DNA of 64,000 nt, taken from positions 151,292 through 215,291 of the IMG/VR virus record IMGVR_UViG_3300029908_000004, one strand, 5' to 3'. The translations under genes were made by a program, and so were the position numbers. Shown here piece after piece: positions 27,398-36,986 of this stretch. The notes beneath the pieces were generated by a model. It was not told the DNA's origin. It worked only from the letters and a program-made list of their open reading frames with translations, and did no database searches. The first letter of the stretch is position 1. Each line of letters opens with the position of its first letter.

Positions 27398-29431
27398 ATG
27401 CAATTATTAGGGGCATACGAATCACAATTAGCTACTTGGTATTACCAAGGTCTATTGAACTTGCTATCACAAGCGGTTCAAGCAGGCGATTATTCTGGTA
27501 ATGCAACATTTGACACAGCTACTATACAACAATTAATAGCTGAAGCACAGTCGTTTGCAGCATTACCTACAGATTCTGCCGGACAGCGGGTAACTGATGA
27601 TTACCTAAATCGGCCATTACAGCTATTAGCTATTAGATACGCATCCCTAGCACAAGAAGTTTCTTCATTTACAACAACCGCGAATGCACTTATCAGCGTT
27701 ATCAAGAAGGATACCTCCCTACTAGACCAATTAATTAGTGCTGGTTCTATTGATGCTTGGTGTAAATCTATGCCACAGCTTGGCGGTGCTCAAACCGCCC
27801 AATGGGATTTCACTATGGGATTAGGGAAGATATCTAATGATATACCATTAAAAGATCCAAATACAGGAATTATATATACCCCCTCTCCAGAGATAAATAC
27901 ATATTTATCAACATCTACTGGGTTAATAGGTGGTGGATTAATACCGAGCTCCCCAGTCACTAAAATAAGTATAAACGATATGACTTGGGGGTACAACGCT
28001 GGAAATGCGCAGGTAGAACAATTAGATGGGGACGATTGGACAGAGCTATCATTGTTAGAACCATATCCATTGGTTACGTATAATAAAATAAATGCTACTA
28101 TCCAATTCCCCATCAATTTGCCCGGTGGTTCAATAAACATTAGTAATTATATACAGCTCTCTGGATCTACTATAGGTGGGATGATCCCTACTTATGTAAG
28201 AATATTATTTACACCTAGACAGGTACAAAGATCTTTTAGCAATGTTGCATCTAGTAGTAGCGTTACATTATCAGCTAATTCTTATCCGTTCTCATTAAAT
28301 AACGTTAATGTTTTCAGTGATACCACTTTCTATTCAGAAGGCACAGATTATACATTACAAGGATGGATTGGTCCATTAGGTGGTGACTCAGAACAGGGAG
28401 GGGCAAGTGTATTGGCAGGAACTTTAACCTCTATAGACTTACCTAGTTCTTTCACGGTAATGTTCACAGAGATGTACCCATCGTATCAATGCTCAGTAAA
28501 TCAAGTAGATTGGAGTGAACCAATCATGCTGGATATTGATAGGCCATATCCTGATACAGAAACTCTATTTCCTCCAATTCCTTGGGGACCCAACTATTCT
28601 TTCCCAATAACAGATGAAGAGGGGAATGCTACTGGGGTTTATATGTCCCTAGTAAAGCCACTACCCTACGAGCTATATCTACTAGTAAATAATCAAGCGG
28701 ATACAAATGTAGGTGCTACAGCTACTTTAACAGTACAATTTGAGCAACCTACTTACATGACTGGTGTACACCTATCAACGTATACTGAGTACCCAACAAT
28801 ATTAACAAACGTATCTATAGTAGATTTTGAGAACACAACGACTATATTCCAAGGAAACACTATATTAGATAGAGAATTGACTATAAACTTTCCAAGGCAA
28901 ATAGTAAAACAAGCTATATTAACCTTCTATCAGCAGAATTACACTTTCGAGATTTACTCCGTCAACCCAAATGATCAATTAAGACGTTCTATTATGGCGC
29001 AGGTACAACCACTTTTACCTTATGCTGTGCAGAGGAGTCTGCCACCGTCTCCTGTACAATATGACGGGGTATTATATGAATTTGGATTTGAAAACATATA
29101 TGGAGAGGATAGAAGCAGTACAGTTCCCACTGTATTCTCTTCTGGTCCTTATAGTTTTAATGGTGCACCTGAAATAATGAGGTTTGATTGTTTAGGTTCA
29201 GGAACCTATAGTTGTTACTTATATTATAAGGCTTATAATGGTAATGGTGTTATAGTAGATGAAAACTTATCAGGGATACTTATAGCTACTCCTAGTTGTT
29301 TCTGTTTTCCACTAGCATCAACTGTGCCACACGCTGATATTAATAATGTAGATGTATGGATATCTTTTATCCACAGATCTACGGATGCTTTAATACAGAA
29401 ATTCTTGATTCAGGTGACCTCAAATGTTTAA
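27398..29431 (+). CDS. Putative virion structural protein
   Basis: 677 aa, helical N-terminus followed by beta-rich domains. Confidence 0.65.
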   Translation: MQLLGAYESQLATWYYQGLLNLLSQAVQAGDYSGNATFDTATIQQLIAEAQSFAALPTDSAGQRVTDDYLNRPLQLLAIRYASLAQEVSSFTTTANALISVIKKDTSLLDQLISAGSIDAWCKSMPQLGGAQTAQWDFTMGLGKISNDIPLKDPNTGIIYTPSPEINTYLSTSTGLIGGGLIPSSPVTKISINDMTWGYNAGNAQVEQLDGDDWTELSLLEPYPLVTYNKINATIQFPINLPGGSINISNYIQLSGSTIGGMIPTYVRILFTPRQVQRSFSNVASSSSVTLSANSYPFSLNNVNVFSDTTFYSEGTDYTLQGWIGPLGGDSEQGGASVLAGTLTSIDLPSSFTVMFTEMYPSYQCSVNQVDWSEPIMLDIDRPYPDTETLFPPIPWGPNYSFPITDEEGNATGVYMSLVKPLPYELYLLVNNQADTNVGATATLTVQFEQPTYMTGVHLSTYTEYPTILTNVSIVDFENTTTIFQGNTILDRELTINFPRQIVKQAILTFYQQNYTFEIYSVNPNDQLRRSIMAQVQPLLPYAVQRSLPPSPVQYDGVLYEFGFENIYGEDRSSTVPTVFSSGPYSFNGAPEIMRFDCLGSGTYSCYLYYKAYNGNGVIVDENLSGILIATPSCFCFPLASTVPHADINNVDVWISFIHRSTDALIQKFLIQVTSNV

Positions 29432-30908
29432 TAGCAGCGATTCAACTCAAACACTATTAATGAATAGATTGAATAGGATAGCCCCAATTCTTAGGGCGTT
29501 AGATTATTCGACTAAGGAGGACTATCAAGCAGCAGTTTACAGCTTGGTAAATAATGTCATAGCCCTGGGCAATAATATGCAACCTATAAAAGCTATGACA
29601 GCCGGTCCAGCTATAGTGGGGGATACTTCTACTAATCTCATTCAATTGAATCAAGACGCACAAGATATATTAAGTGAAATACTAGTGGTAGAGAGTGCAG
29701 CAGCTAGGGTATGTAATTTAGCTGCGGCGAGCCAGAATCAATTACGGCAGTTCATTAGAGAAAAGATATATCAGAGTACAACAGTCAAGTATGTAGAAGA
29801 CTTTGTTAATGCTGATAATACAAACACAACGGCTACAACAGCCAATGTAGATTTCTCTGCTGGAGTTGCTACCTTACCAGTTCTGAATACCACTACAATA
29901 TCTCCAACTATAACAATAGGTTCAAATTCTGTTGGAGTATTAGATTCGTCCTCATCATTAACTAATTTGACAGATGGTAAAGTACAAACATCTATGGTTT
30001 GGAATGGCACAGAATTGGAATTGTTATTAAACTTTCCAAGCTCACAGGTAATAAATAGACTTATATTGACGCTGGATGAATACAATGGAATGAACATAAC
30101 CACGTTAGCTACATCTCCAGACGGTACTTTATATGAGGACGTTCTACTAGATATCAATCAAGACTCTATTCTATTAGACGGAATAACGGGAAAGTATTTA
30201 GGAGAGCTAATATTAGATTTCCCACCAAGACACGCCTCTACATTGCGTATGGTAATAGAGGATACCTCTGGGATGGGGGTTATTGGGTTAAGAAACCTAT
30301 CGATATACCAATTACAATATGGTCCTTCTGCAACATTTGTGGGTAATCGCATGCTTGGACCTGTAGGAACTGTAGAATTTACTACGAATCAACTGACGTG
30401 GTCCCCGATGGTTTCTGTGAGTCATCAAATAAGTTACAATAGTTCTACTTATATCCCAGTTATTCCGGGGGATATTATAACGATTCCAACAGGATACCTA
30501 TGGTATAGAGCTATACTAAATAGGAATACACAAGCATTTAATATGTCTGCTCAGACTGTTAATAGCAATGTTCTAGATCCAGCAAGTTCCGCTAATTATA
30601 CCTTAAGTAACACTACGTATATCCCGTTAGGTAACGGAACTAGTCAGAGAGTATTGACGTTTAGTTCTATTGTCGGACCAGTGCCACTCAGAGAGATACC
30701 ACTACCGAGCACATTACAAGTCAAAATGGGAAATGTGTATCTAACTACCGTACAGTATAATTTTGCAAATCAAATTCTATCTTTTTCTGGACCACAGACT
30801 AATATAGTAGTTAGCTATGTTACAAGTGCTCTTGGAGCCGCTTCTATCTCTGATCTTCAGAGCTATTATACACCTTTGCTATACGAAGCAAGGTTTGAAA
30901 AGGTTTAA
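29424..30908 (+). CDS. Putative virion structural protein (discoidin-like domain possible)
   Basis: NLTDG...W...INRL...TSPDG..Y pattern reminiscent of F5/8-type beta-sandwiches. Confidence 0.6.
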   Translation: MFNSSDSTQTLLMNRLNRIAPILRALDYSTKEDYQAAVYSLVNNVIALGNNMQPIKAMTAGPAIVGDTSTNLIQLNQDAQDILSEILVVESAAARVCNLAAASQNQLRQFIREKIYQSTTVKYVEDFVNADNTNTTATTANVDFSAGVATLPVLNTTTISPTITIGSNSVGVLDSSSSLTNLTDGKVQTSMVWNGTELELLLNFPSSQVINRLILTLDEYNGMNITTLATSPDGTLYEDVLLDINQDSILLDGITGKYLGELILDFPPRHASTLRMVIEDTSGMGVIGLRNLSIYQLQYGPSATFVGNRMLGPVGTVEFTTNQLTWSPMVSVSHQISYNSSTYIPVIPGDIITIPTGYLWYRAILNRNTQAFNMSAQTVNSNVLDPASSANYTLSNTTYIPLGNGTSQRVLTFSSIVGPVPLREIPLPSTLQVKMGNVYLTTVQYNFANQILSFSGPQTNIVVSYVTSALGAASISDLQSYYTPLLYEARFEKV

Positions 30909-30910
30909 AT

Positions 30911-32584
30911 ATGTCAACCCCATCTATAACCCCGATAAGTTTACCAACGTTTGTATTAGGAGAACAAGCAAGTGCTTCTACTTATCTAGAAGCTCTGCAA
31001 TCGCTGGTAAACCAAGGTACGTTAACACTTAGTGAGTTAGGTAATACTAATACAACCACTTTGATAGATTTAAATCGTAGGATGTCGGCTATAGATGCTC
31101 ATAGACAGCGGGCAAATAGGTTGGATACCTATGGTATTTATGCTAACTTCAGTGTTGGTGACATGTTTTCTGTGGATCAAACACAATCTAGTGCCACAGT
31201 TCGTATAGATTCACAAAGCTCCACACTTAAGCAGAGACCAAACTTCGTAACTGCATCCGTAGCCTCAACAGTATTTTCATCTAATATAGGAACGGTACAA
31301 ACCTTAGATGACACTAATACTTTATGGACTGTAACTACAAGTGGGGCTATACCAACTGGATCTTTTAGCATAACATTAGATAATCCAGTTAATCTTAATG
31401 TAATTGTTGTAGATATATCAGCAATATCTTCTACACCGGTTATGACTGCTAGTGCTTCCTCAGATGGAGTAAATTATACACAGGCTACATCAATAGATTT
31501 AAGTGGTTATACTGTTAGTGCTTGGTTTCCCTCAATGGACGTAAAGTATTTCACCCTCCAGATAACACCAGTAATGGCAGATACCCCAAATGGGTATAGT
31601 TTTACGTTTGGACTGACTAACTTCAATGCTACTGGTATAGAATATTCTTTACAGTCCTTCTTGATGATGAATTCATTGACTTTTATTCCAGAATCATCTC
31701 AAGCAATGCTTATAACAGATACTACCCCTAGAATTTCTTATTATTTGTCATTAACGCCAGAGGGGTCGGCACAAGCACCATTTGTAGAAGTTACTCCGAA
31801 TACCCCTATTCCATTACCGGGGACAAGCGTTATTTCTATACAGAATGTTTCAGATGTATCATTAGAGTACTCTACATTTTTAAATGGGTTATCATTAACA
31901 CCCGGACAGTTTGTCGTCCCAACTATACCTAACGGATTCGCTTATCAAGCTCCTTATGGTGGTGTATTACAAGCTACTGGAGAGCCTAGATGGCCAACTA
32001 CACCCGGTCTTATGATAGTTTCTGGTACAGCAGAATTAACATCATACCCGAATGGGACCTTTATGTCGCGTACTTTATATCCATTAGGAATGATTGTTAG
32101 ACCCTCTGTTGATAATGGATTCGTTTACCAAGTCACATCAGCGGGTACAACAGGTAGCGAGGAACCAAGCTGGCCTACCACTATTGGGGCTACGGTTTCC
32201 TCTTTCGGGGAAGGGCGCCCAGCTATATTCACTTGTGAATACGCTGGCATACTGTGTACAGAACTACCATTAAATACTTATTTAAATACTGTTCACGTAG
32301 TATCTGATGCTACTGGAGAAACTATAGATTTAGCTCCAGGATTAGTTCCTTCTTATGGGGCGCAGCAGAACCTATTAGGAACTTATATTGGCTTAGTCGA
32401 GGGTTCCAGCGGGTGGCAACCTTATATAATTTCTAGTAATCCATTCGCGAACTTCGGTTCCTCTTATACAATAACTTATACTTGTGGCCCAGCAACGATA
32501 ACTGCTGCTCTACAGGTCAAATTTGACACGGAAGACATAGCTTCCAGCCCAGTGTTCTATGGGGCGACTCTCCAAGAGTATTAA
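30911..32584 (+). CDS. Putative structural protein with two short carbohydrate-binding-like repeats
   Basis: Repeated NGF.YQ....G.....EP.WPTT.G modules (about 31930-32010 and 32110-32195). Confidence 0.6.
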   Translation: MSTPSITPISLPTFVLGEQASASTYLEALQSLVNQGTLTLSELGNTNTTTLIDLNRRMSAIDAHRQRANRLDTYGIYANFSVGDMFSVDQTQSSATVRIDSQSSTLKQRPNFVTASVASTVFSSNIGTVQTLDDTNTLWTVTTSGAIPTGSFSITLDNPVNLNVIVVDISAISSTPVMTASASSDGVNYTQATSIDLSGYTVSAWFPSMDVKYFTLQITPVMADTPNGYSFTFGLTNFNATGIEYSLQSFLMMNSLTFIPESSQAMLITDTTPRISYYLSLTPEGSAQAPFVEVTPNTPIPLPGTSVISIQNVSDVSLEYSTFLNGLSLTPGQFVVPTIPNGFAYQAPYGGVLQATGEPRWPTTPGLMIVSGTAELTSYPNGTFMSRTLYPLGMIVRPSVDNGFVYQVTSAGTTGSEEPSWPTTIGATVSSFGEGRPAIFTCEYAGILCTELPLNTYLNTVHVVSDATGETIDLAPGLVPSYGAQQNLLGTYIGLVEGSSGWQPYIISSNPFANFGSSYTITYTCGPATITAALQVKFDTEDIASSPVFYGATLQEY

Positions 32585-32588
32585 ATCT

Positions 32589-32597
32589 TGGTATACT
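32589..32597 (+). promoter_or_regulatory. Extended -10 promoter
   Basis: TGgTATACT in the gap before ATG 32613, with AGGA RBS. Confidence 0.45.
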
Positions 32598-32612
32598 ATT
32601 TAGGAATAGATA

Positions 32613-33776
32613 ATGTCTACATCACCACTAAATCTTGAAACAATTGAGCTTGTGTCCACTCTAAGAACGGCTCCCTTAAATGGGTCTCCCTCTTCACAAG
32701 ATTATAATGATTGTGAAAGAGAGCAATTAACCGATCTGGCGGCGGTAGTATCGTTCTTAAATGATACCGTCCGTGTTTTACTCAATTCTCTACCTAATAC
32801 CGCGATGTTGCCAATTTCGGATCCAGTTGGGGTAGAAGGTAGAACTATCTATTGCGATACTAGTGATACAAGTTCACTATTCTTTTCCAATGGTTCCCCA
32901 CTAAGTATAGCAGACTCATTAAGAGTATTAAATGGTATGTTACAAACGTTTAAGACTACCCTTAGTAATCAAACGGTTCAGTTAGCAGCGCTACAATCTA
33001 GATTGGCTACCACCAACCAGAATGATGTTTCAGCGGTATTAAATAACTTTTCTGGGCAGATAACCTCTATATTAAATACCATACAGAATTTGGAAGCAGA
33101 GATTAATGCCATAGAAGTAGTAGCAGGATTAGGGGCCGGAGGATCAAACGTATTACCAAGAGCCTTAACAGAAGTGCCGTATTCTGCCACCCCAACCTTT
33201 GATTGTTCTCCTTCTAGTGGATTACTCACCTTCCAAATGGCACTAAGTGGTGATGTAACAGCGCCAGTAGTAATTAATCAATCAAGCGCGCAAGTAGTTA
33301 CATTTTTAATAACACAACAAGGTGTAGGAGGACACGCTTTTACTTGGCCCAGTAATGTACATAACGCAGCCGCGATAAGTACAACGCCTGGTTCTACTAC
33401 ATCACAGAGTTTTACTGTAGATGCCACTGGTAATATGTATCCAATATCGCCAAATACACCAGCACCTATTGTACCTACTACAGGTGCTACTACGGTCCCG
33501 TTAAATTCTAATCGTAATATTACTTCTGCAACGAACAGTGTTTTCCTTTGTACTTCTGGTTCAGGTGGGATAACCTTAACACTACCTAGCGCAGTTCCAT
33601 ACGCTTCGTATGTATACTACATTAAAAAGGTTGATACTGGTGTTGGATCAGTAAATATTATTACAACTAGCAGTCAAACGATTGATTCTAATATAGGATA
33701 CAATTTGGTTAACAAAGGTCAGTTTGTACAAGTCGTGAGTGACGGTAGCAACTGGCAAGTAATCGGAGCTAATTAA
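32613..33776 (+). CDS. Tail fibre-like protein
   Basis: Coiled-coil region, then ITQQGVGGHAFTWPSNV fibre module and C-terminal TLTLP...YIKKVD...SQTID...QVVSDGSNWQVIG domain. Confidence 0.75.
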   Translation: MSTSPLNLETIELVSTLRTAPLNGSPSSQDYNDCEREQLTDLAAVVSFLNDTVRVLLNSLPNTAMLPISDPVGVEGRTIYCDTSDTSSLFFSNGSPLSIADSLRVLNGMLQTFKTTLSNQTVQLAALQSRLATTNQNDVSAVLNNFSGQITSILNTIQNLEAEINAIEVVAGLGAGGSNVLPRALTEVPYSATPTFDCSPSSGLLTFQMALSGDVTAPVVINQSSAQVVTFLITQQGVGGHAFTWPSNVHNAAAISTTPGSTTSQSFTVDATGNMYPISPNTPAPIVPTTGATTVPLNSNRNITSATNSVFLCTSGSGGITLTLPSAVPYASYVYYIKKVDTGVGSVNIITTSSQTIDSNIGYNLVNKGQFVQVVSDGSNWQVIGAN

Positions 33777-36700
33777 TGAAAAATCTACTACGCATCGCGA
33801 TATTTACTATATTTGCTAGCCTTACTCTATTAGGTCAGCAAGGTGGTGTGTCTACCCCTATTCGTTATGGCAGCAGTCTACCCACAGGAGCTGCTCAGGG
33901 ATCGTTGTTTAATGTTTCTGGGACTGGGTTATATAAGTGTAATGCTAGTCCTTGTACTACTTCGGCAAACTGGACAAAGTTAGCTGAACTCGATGCAACC
34001 GGTAATTTTAATTCATCGAATATTTCAGGATGGCAACCTTCCGGGCTACTTGCAATGGGCGACTCAACAGCCAAGGGAGCTTACGGCGGGAACAATATCG
34101 ACGATGGAAACGGATTCAATTACTTTCTTGGTTTGCAGACACCCGGCGTAACGAACATCGTTGCTTGGGACGGTTCTATGATGCCCGATGTGGCTCAGTT
34201 ACAACTGTACCCACTAGGTCCATTCGCCTATGGAGCAGCACCACGAATGACCTTGCAAGACGGTTTAAATGATGGTGCTAACTATGGTTCATCAGTGAAC
34301 CAAAAAGCTATCTTTGTAAAATCACATCTTGCCGTTCTATCGCGTGCTTTAATCCCGTTGAGTAATACAGTCCAAGCCACAAATGGAGCGATTGTACAGA
34401 GTGGGACTTGGGTACTGAATACATCTCGCATTGGCACACTAGCTCCGACGCTTGAGTCGAACGCGAACGGGTCCACGCTCACTGTTCCGATCACGACAAC
34501 TGGCGGACCAATATATGTTCAGTATGAACAATTGGATGGAAATAGTGGTCAGGCGACTCTCGCCATAGATGGTATAACAGTTGATACATTAAACAGTGGT
34601 AACCCCGGAACCGCTGGAAATTGTATATGCACACACAACAATGTCTTCGCCCCACCTATTGGAACGAGTGGAGGACCACAATCAGCACCATTGGCAGGGC
34701 GATACCCAGTGTCCGCTGGTTTTCATATTCTTACCTTCACAGTTACTGGAGCGACCGGCTCTGGCATGGGATTCAGTTTTATCGCTGCAGCAACACCCGG
34801 AACAGGTATCGCAGCATCTACCCCAGTTGCAGGCGGGCCACCTAGCCTTTGGGAAGGCGGAGTAACGAGAACAGAGACATATCCATCAGACCCCACCAAT
34901 GTTTATGACGGAATGATTCAGACTGACCTTTCCTTAGTACAGAACGATGGATTGAATGCCTATTATGTATGCGGCCTTGCGGGAGATTACGCGAGCTTCC
35001 CGGCAAGTCCGATCCAGCCGCTTGGGTGTAGCGACGTAGCCAGTTTCTATCTCGACAACGCGTATGTCCCGATCAGCACTACGGCCTACGATGGCGTATC
35101 GGTTCTGACGGTGGTTTCGACGTTGCCGATCCCCGCTGGGGTGTATGTCGGTGACTATCACACGATCTGGGGAACCACGACGCACACAGAACTTTCAAAC
35201 ACCCACTTCTGGAGCGTTAATAGTATCTCTGGTAACACTATAACATTTAGCCAGCCGGGGTTTAACTCAGTCGCGTGGACTACCACAGCAGATGTAGGGT
35301 CTACGTCGAAGCAACACCACGACGACTTCCATCCAAATGGGAACGACCCAACAACGGGCATTACAGGCGGTTACTGGCAGATGTCCTTGGCTTATAACCA
35401 TATGATGAAGTTGCCAGGAGGCAGTGGGTCCGCGAACTCGTCTTCATCTACAACCAGCTCATTAAACTTGAGTCAAGTCACGCCAAGCGCTACGTTTACT
35501 CTGACTCCGACTTCTGGGGTTGTGCTGTCAAACGGCCAACCTCTTATATTTCCGGCGATGACTGGAAATGTTGGACCATTCTGGGTCTTTAATAACGGTT
35601 TAGTAAGTAGTGCGGTTTCCTTTACAGGTGGGGCAGTAGCCAATCCACATCTTTCAGCGTTATTTCCAATCGCACCGGGTACTGGAGTTTCTTTTGTAGT
35701 CAATTCGGGTATTTACTACAACCCAATTGGTGCTTTCAGTGGAACTAGTGGTTCTTCTGCACCGACTTCTCTTGCTCTGAACCAAGTCTCTGATGCAGGC
35801 ACTGTCACTCTATCGTCCACTTCTGGTGCAGTCCTAACGAATGGGAACGCTGTCGTGCTTCCTGCGTTGACTGGCAATCTCGGCCCATTCTGGATTTACA
35901 ACAACAGCTCAACAGGTAGCTCGATCACTGCATCAGGAGGGGCTATACTTGATGCCCACATACCCTCCACACTCTCAGCCCACTCTGGTATCTCGTTGAT
36001 TGTAAACGGAGGCATTTATTGGAATCCAGTTGGGCAATTTAGTCCAATAGCTTCGCCAACCCTTGCAGATTACACAATAAGCAACCCGTGGAGTGCTAAT
36101 CAAACTTTCCAGAGCATCTACGCTGGGCCTGCCGGCGTGGCTACCAGCGGAGCAAATATAAACAGTTACTACCTGGGCCTGTGCGGATCGGGCTGGAATG
36201 GGTCGGCGGCGGCAAATTTCTGTGGCTACCTCCAAGGCGCAATGGGCACCGGAACGAATCCGGCATTTACCTATAACTTCATGTCCGTGCCGGGTGCTGC
36301 GGCATCTTACATGAACATGTCCAGCTTAACGTCGAAGGGGTTGACACTTCCGCCCAGTACCTTTACGACAAACGGAAGCGCCAACGCTGCGCAAAACACA
36401 CTAGGCCTGAATAACGGCGCTGGAATCACAGTGGCTAACAATCCCAGTTATCCATACGGTACTAGCTTTGCTTGTAACACAGCGACAAGTAGTGCAGTAG
36501 GATGTTCGATGCTTGGTGCATCGGGTGGCTCGGAAGGGTACTTAGGTCTTCCGGCTGCGAATAATTATTATCTTTCGTCTACTACTGCCGGTGTGAGATC
36601 ATGGGTCGCGCCTGCGGTTTATACACTTCCAACACAATATACTATAGAACCATGCTCAGTAGGATTATGGAATGGTGGGGCTGCGATTACAGCCGGCACA

Positions 36701-36979
36701 TATAATTTACCAGCGCGATGTCTTAATGTCTACGGGGTAACGTACACAGCTACAGCCGTTAAATGCTACTCGGATAACAACGGTTCTTCGACTGGAAACG
36801 TAGCGGACAATAGCGCTAATGCCTTATTGACTGGGGCAGTCACAGCAACAAATTCATGGGCAAGTGGTACGGTGAGCGGAACTCATTACACCATTGCATC
36901 GAACGCTTGGACAAACTGGACCTTTGTGGCAGATGGAATTAGTACGGTACTCCGTTGCACAATGACAACAACGAGATAG
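33776..36979 (+). CDS. Signal-peptide-bearing SGNH/GDSL esterase-domain protein (tailspike- or adhesin-like)
   Basis: N-terminus MKNLLRIAIFTIFASLTLLG. SGNH blocks GDS (34058), GLND (34262), DDFHPN (35321). Many Cys residues, tandem ~95-aa repeat, higher GC than flanks. Confidence 0.75.
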   Translation: MKNLLRIAIFTIFASLTLLGQQGGVSTPIRYGSSLPTGAAQGSLFNVSGTGLYKCNASPCTTSANWTKLAELDATGNFNSSNISGWQPSGLLAMGDSTAKGAYGGNNIDDGNGFNYFLGLQTPGVTNIVAWDGSMMPDVAQLQLYPLGPFAYGAAPRMTLQDGLNDGANYGSSVNQKAIFVKSHLAVLSRALIPLSNTVQATNGAIVQSGTWVLNTSRIGTLAPTLESNANGSTLTVPITTTGGPIYVQYEQLDGNSGQATLAIDGITVDTLNSGNPGTAGNCICTHNNVFAPPIGTSGGPQSAPLAGRYPVSAGFHILTFTVTGATGSGMGFSFIAAATPGTGIAASTPVAGGPPSLWEGGVTRTETYPSDPTNVYDGMIQTDLSLVQNDGLNAYYVCGLAGDYASFPASPIQPLGCSDVASFYLDNAYVPISTTAYDGVSVLTVVSTLPIPAGVYVGDYHTIWGTTTHTELSNTHFWSVNSISGNTITFSQPGFNSVAWTTTADVGSTSKQHHDDFHPNGNDPTTGITGGYWQMSLAYNHMMKLPGGSGSANSSSSTTSSLNLSQVTPSATFTLTPTSGVVLSNGQPLIFPAMTGNVGPFWVFNNGLVSSAVSFTGGAVANPHLSALFPIAPGTGVSFVVNSGIYYNPIGAFSGTSGSSAPTSLALNQVSDAGTVTLSSTSGAVLTNGNAVVLPALTGNLGPFWIYNNSSTGSSITASGGAILDAHIPSTLSAHSGISLIVNGGIYWNPVGQFSPIASPTLADYTISNPWSANQTFQSIYAGPAGVATSGANINSYYLGLCGSGWNGSAAANFCGYLQGAMGTGTNPAFTYNFMSVPGAAASYMNMSSLTSKGLTLPPSTFTTNGSANAAQNTLGLNNGAGITVANNPSYPYGTSFACNTATSSAVGCSMLGASGGSEGYLGLPAANNYYLSSTTAGVRSWVAPAVYTLPTQYTIEPCSVGLWNGGAAITAGTYNLPARCLNVYGVTYTATAVKCYSDNNGSSTGNVADNSANALLTGAVTATNSWASGTVSGTHYTIASNAWTNWTFVADGISTVLRCTMTTTR
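35455..36042 (+). repeat. Tandem ~95-aa domain duplication inside the SGNH protein
   Basis: SLNLSQV..TLTPTSGVVLSNG..PAMTGNVGPFWVFNN..GIYYNPIGAFS versus SLALNQV..TLSSTSGAVLTNG..PALTGNLGPFWIYNN..GIYWNPVGQFS. Confidence 0.9.
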
Positions 36980-36986
36980 GAGATTT

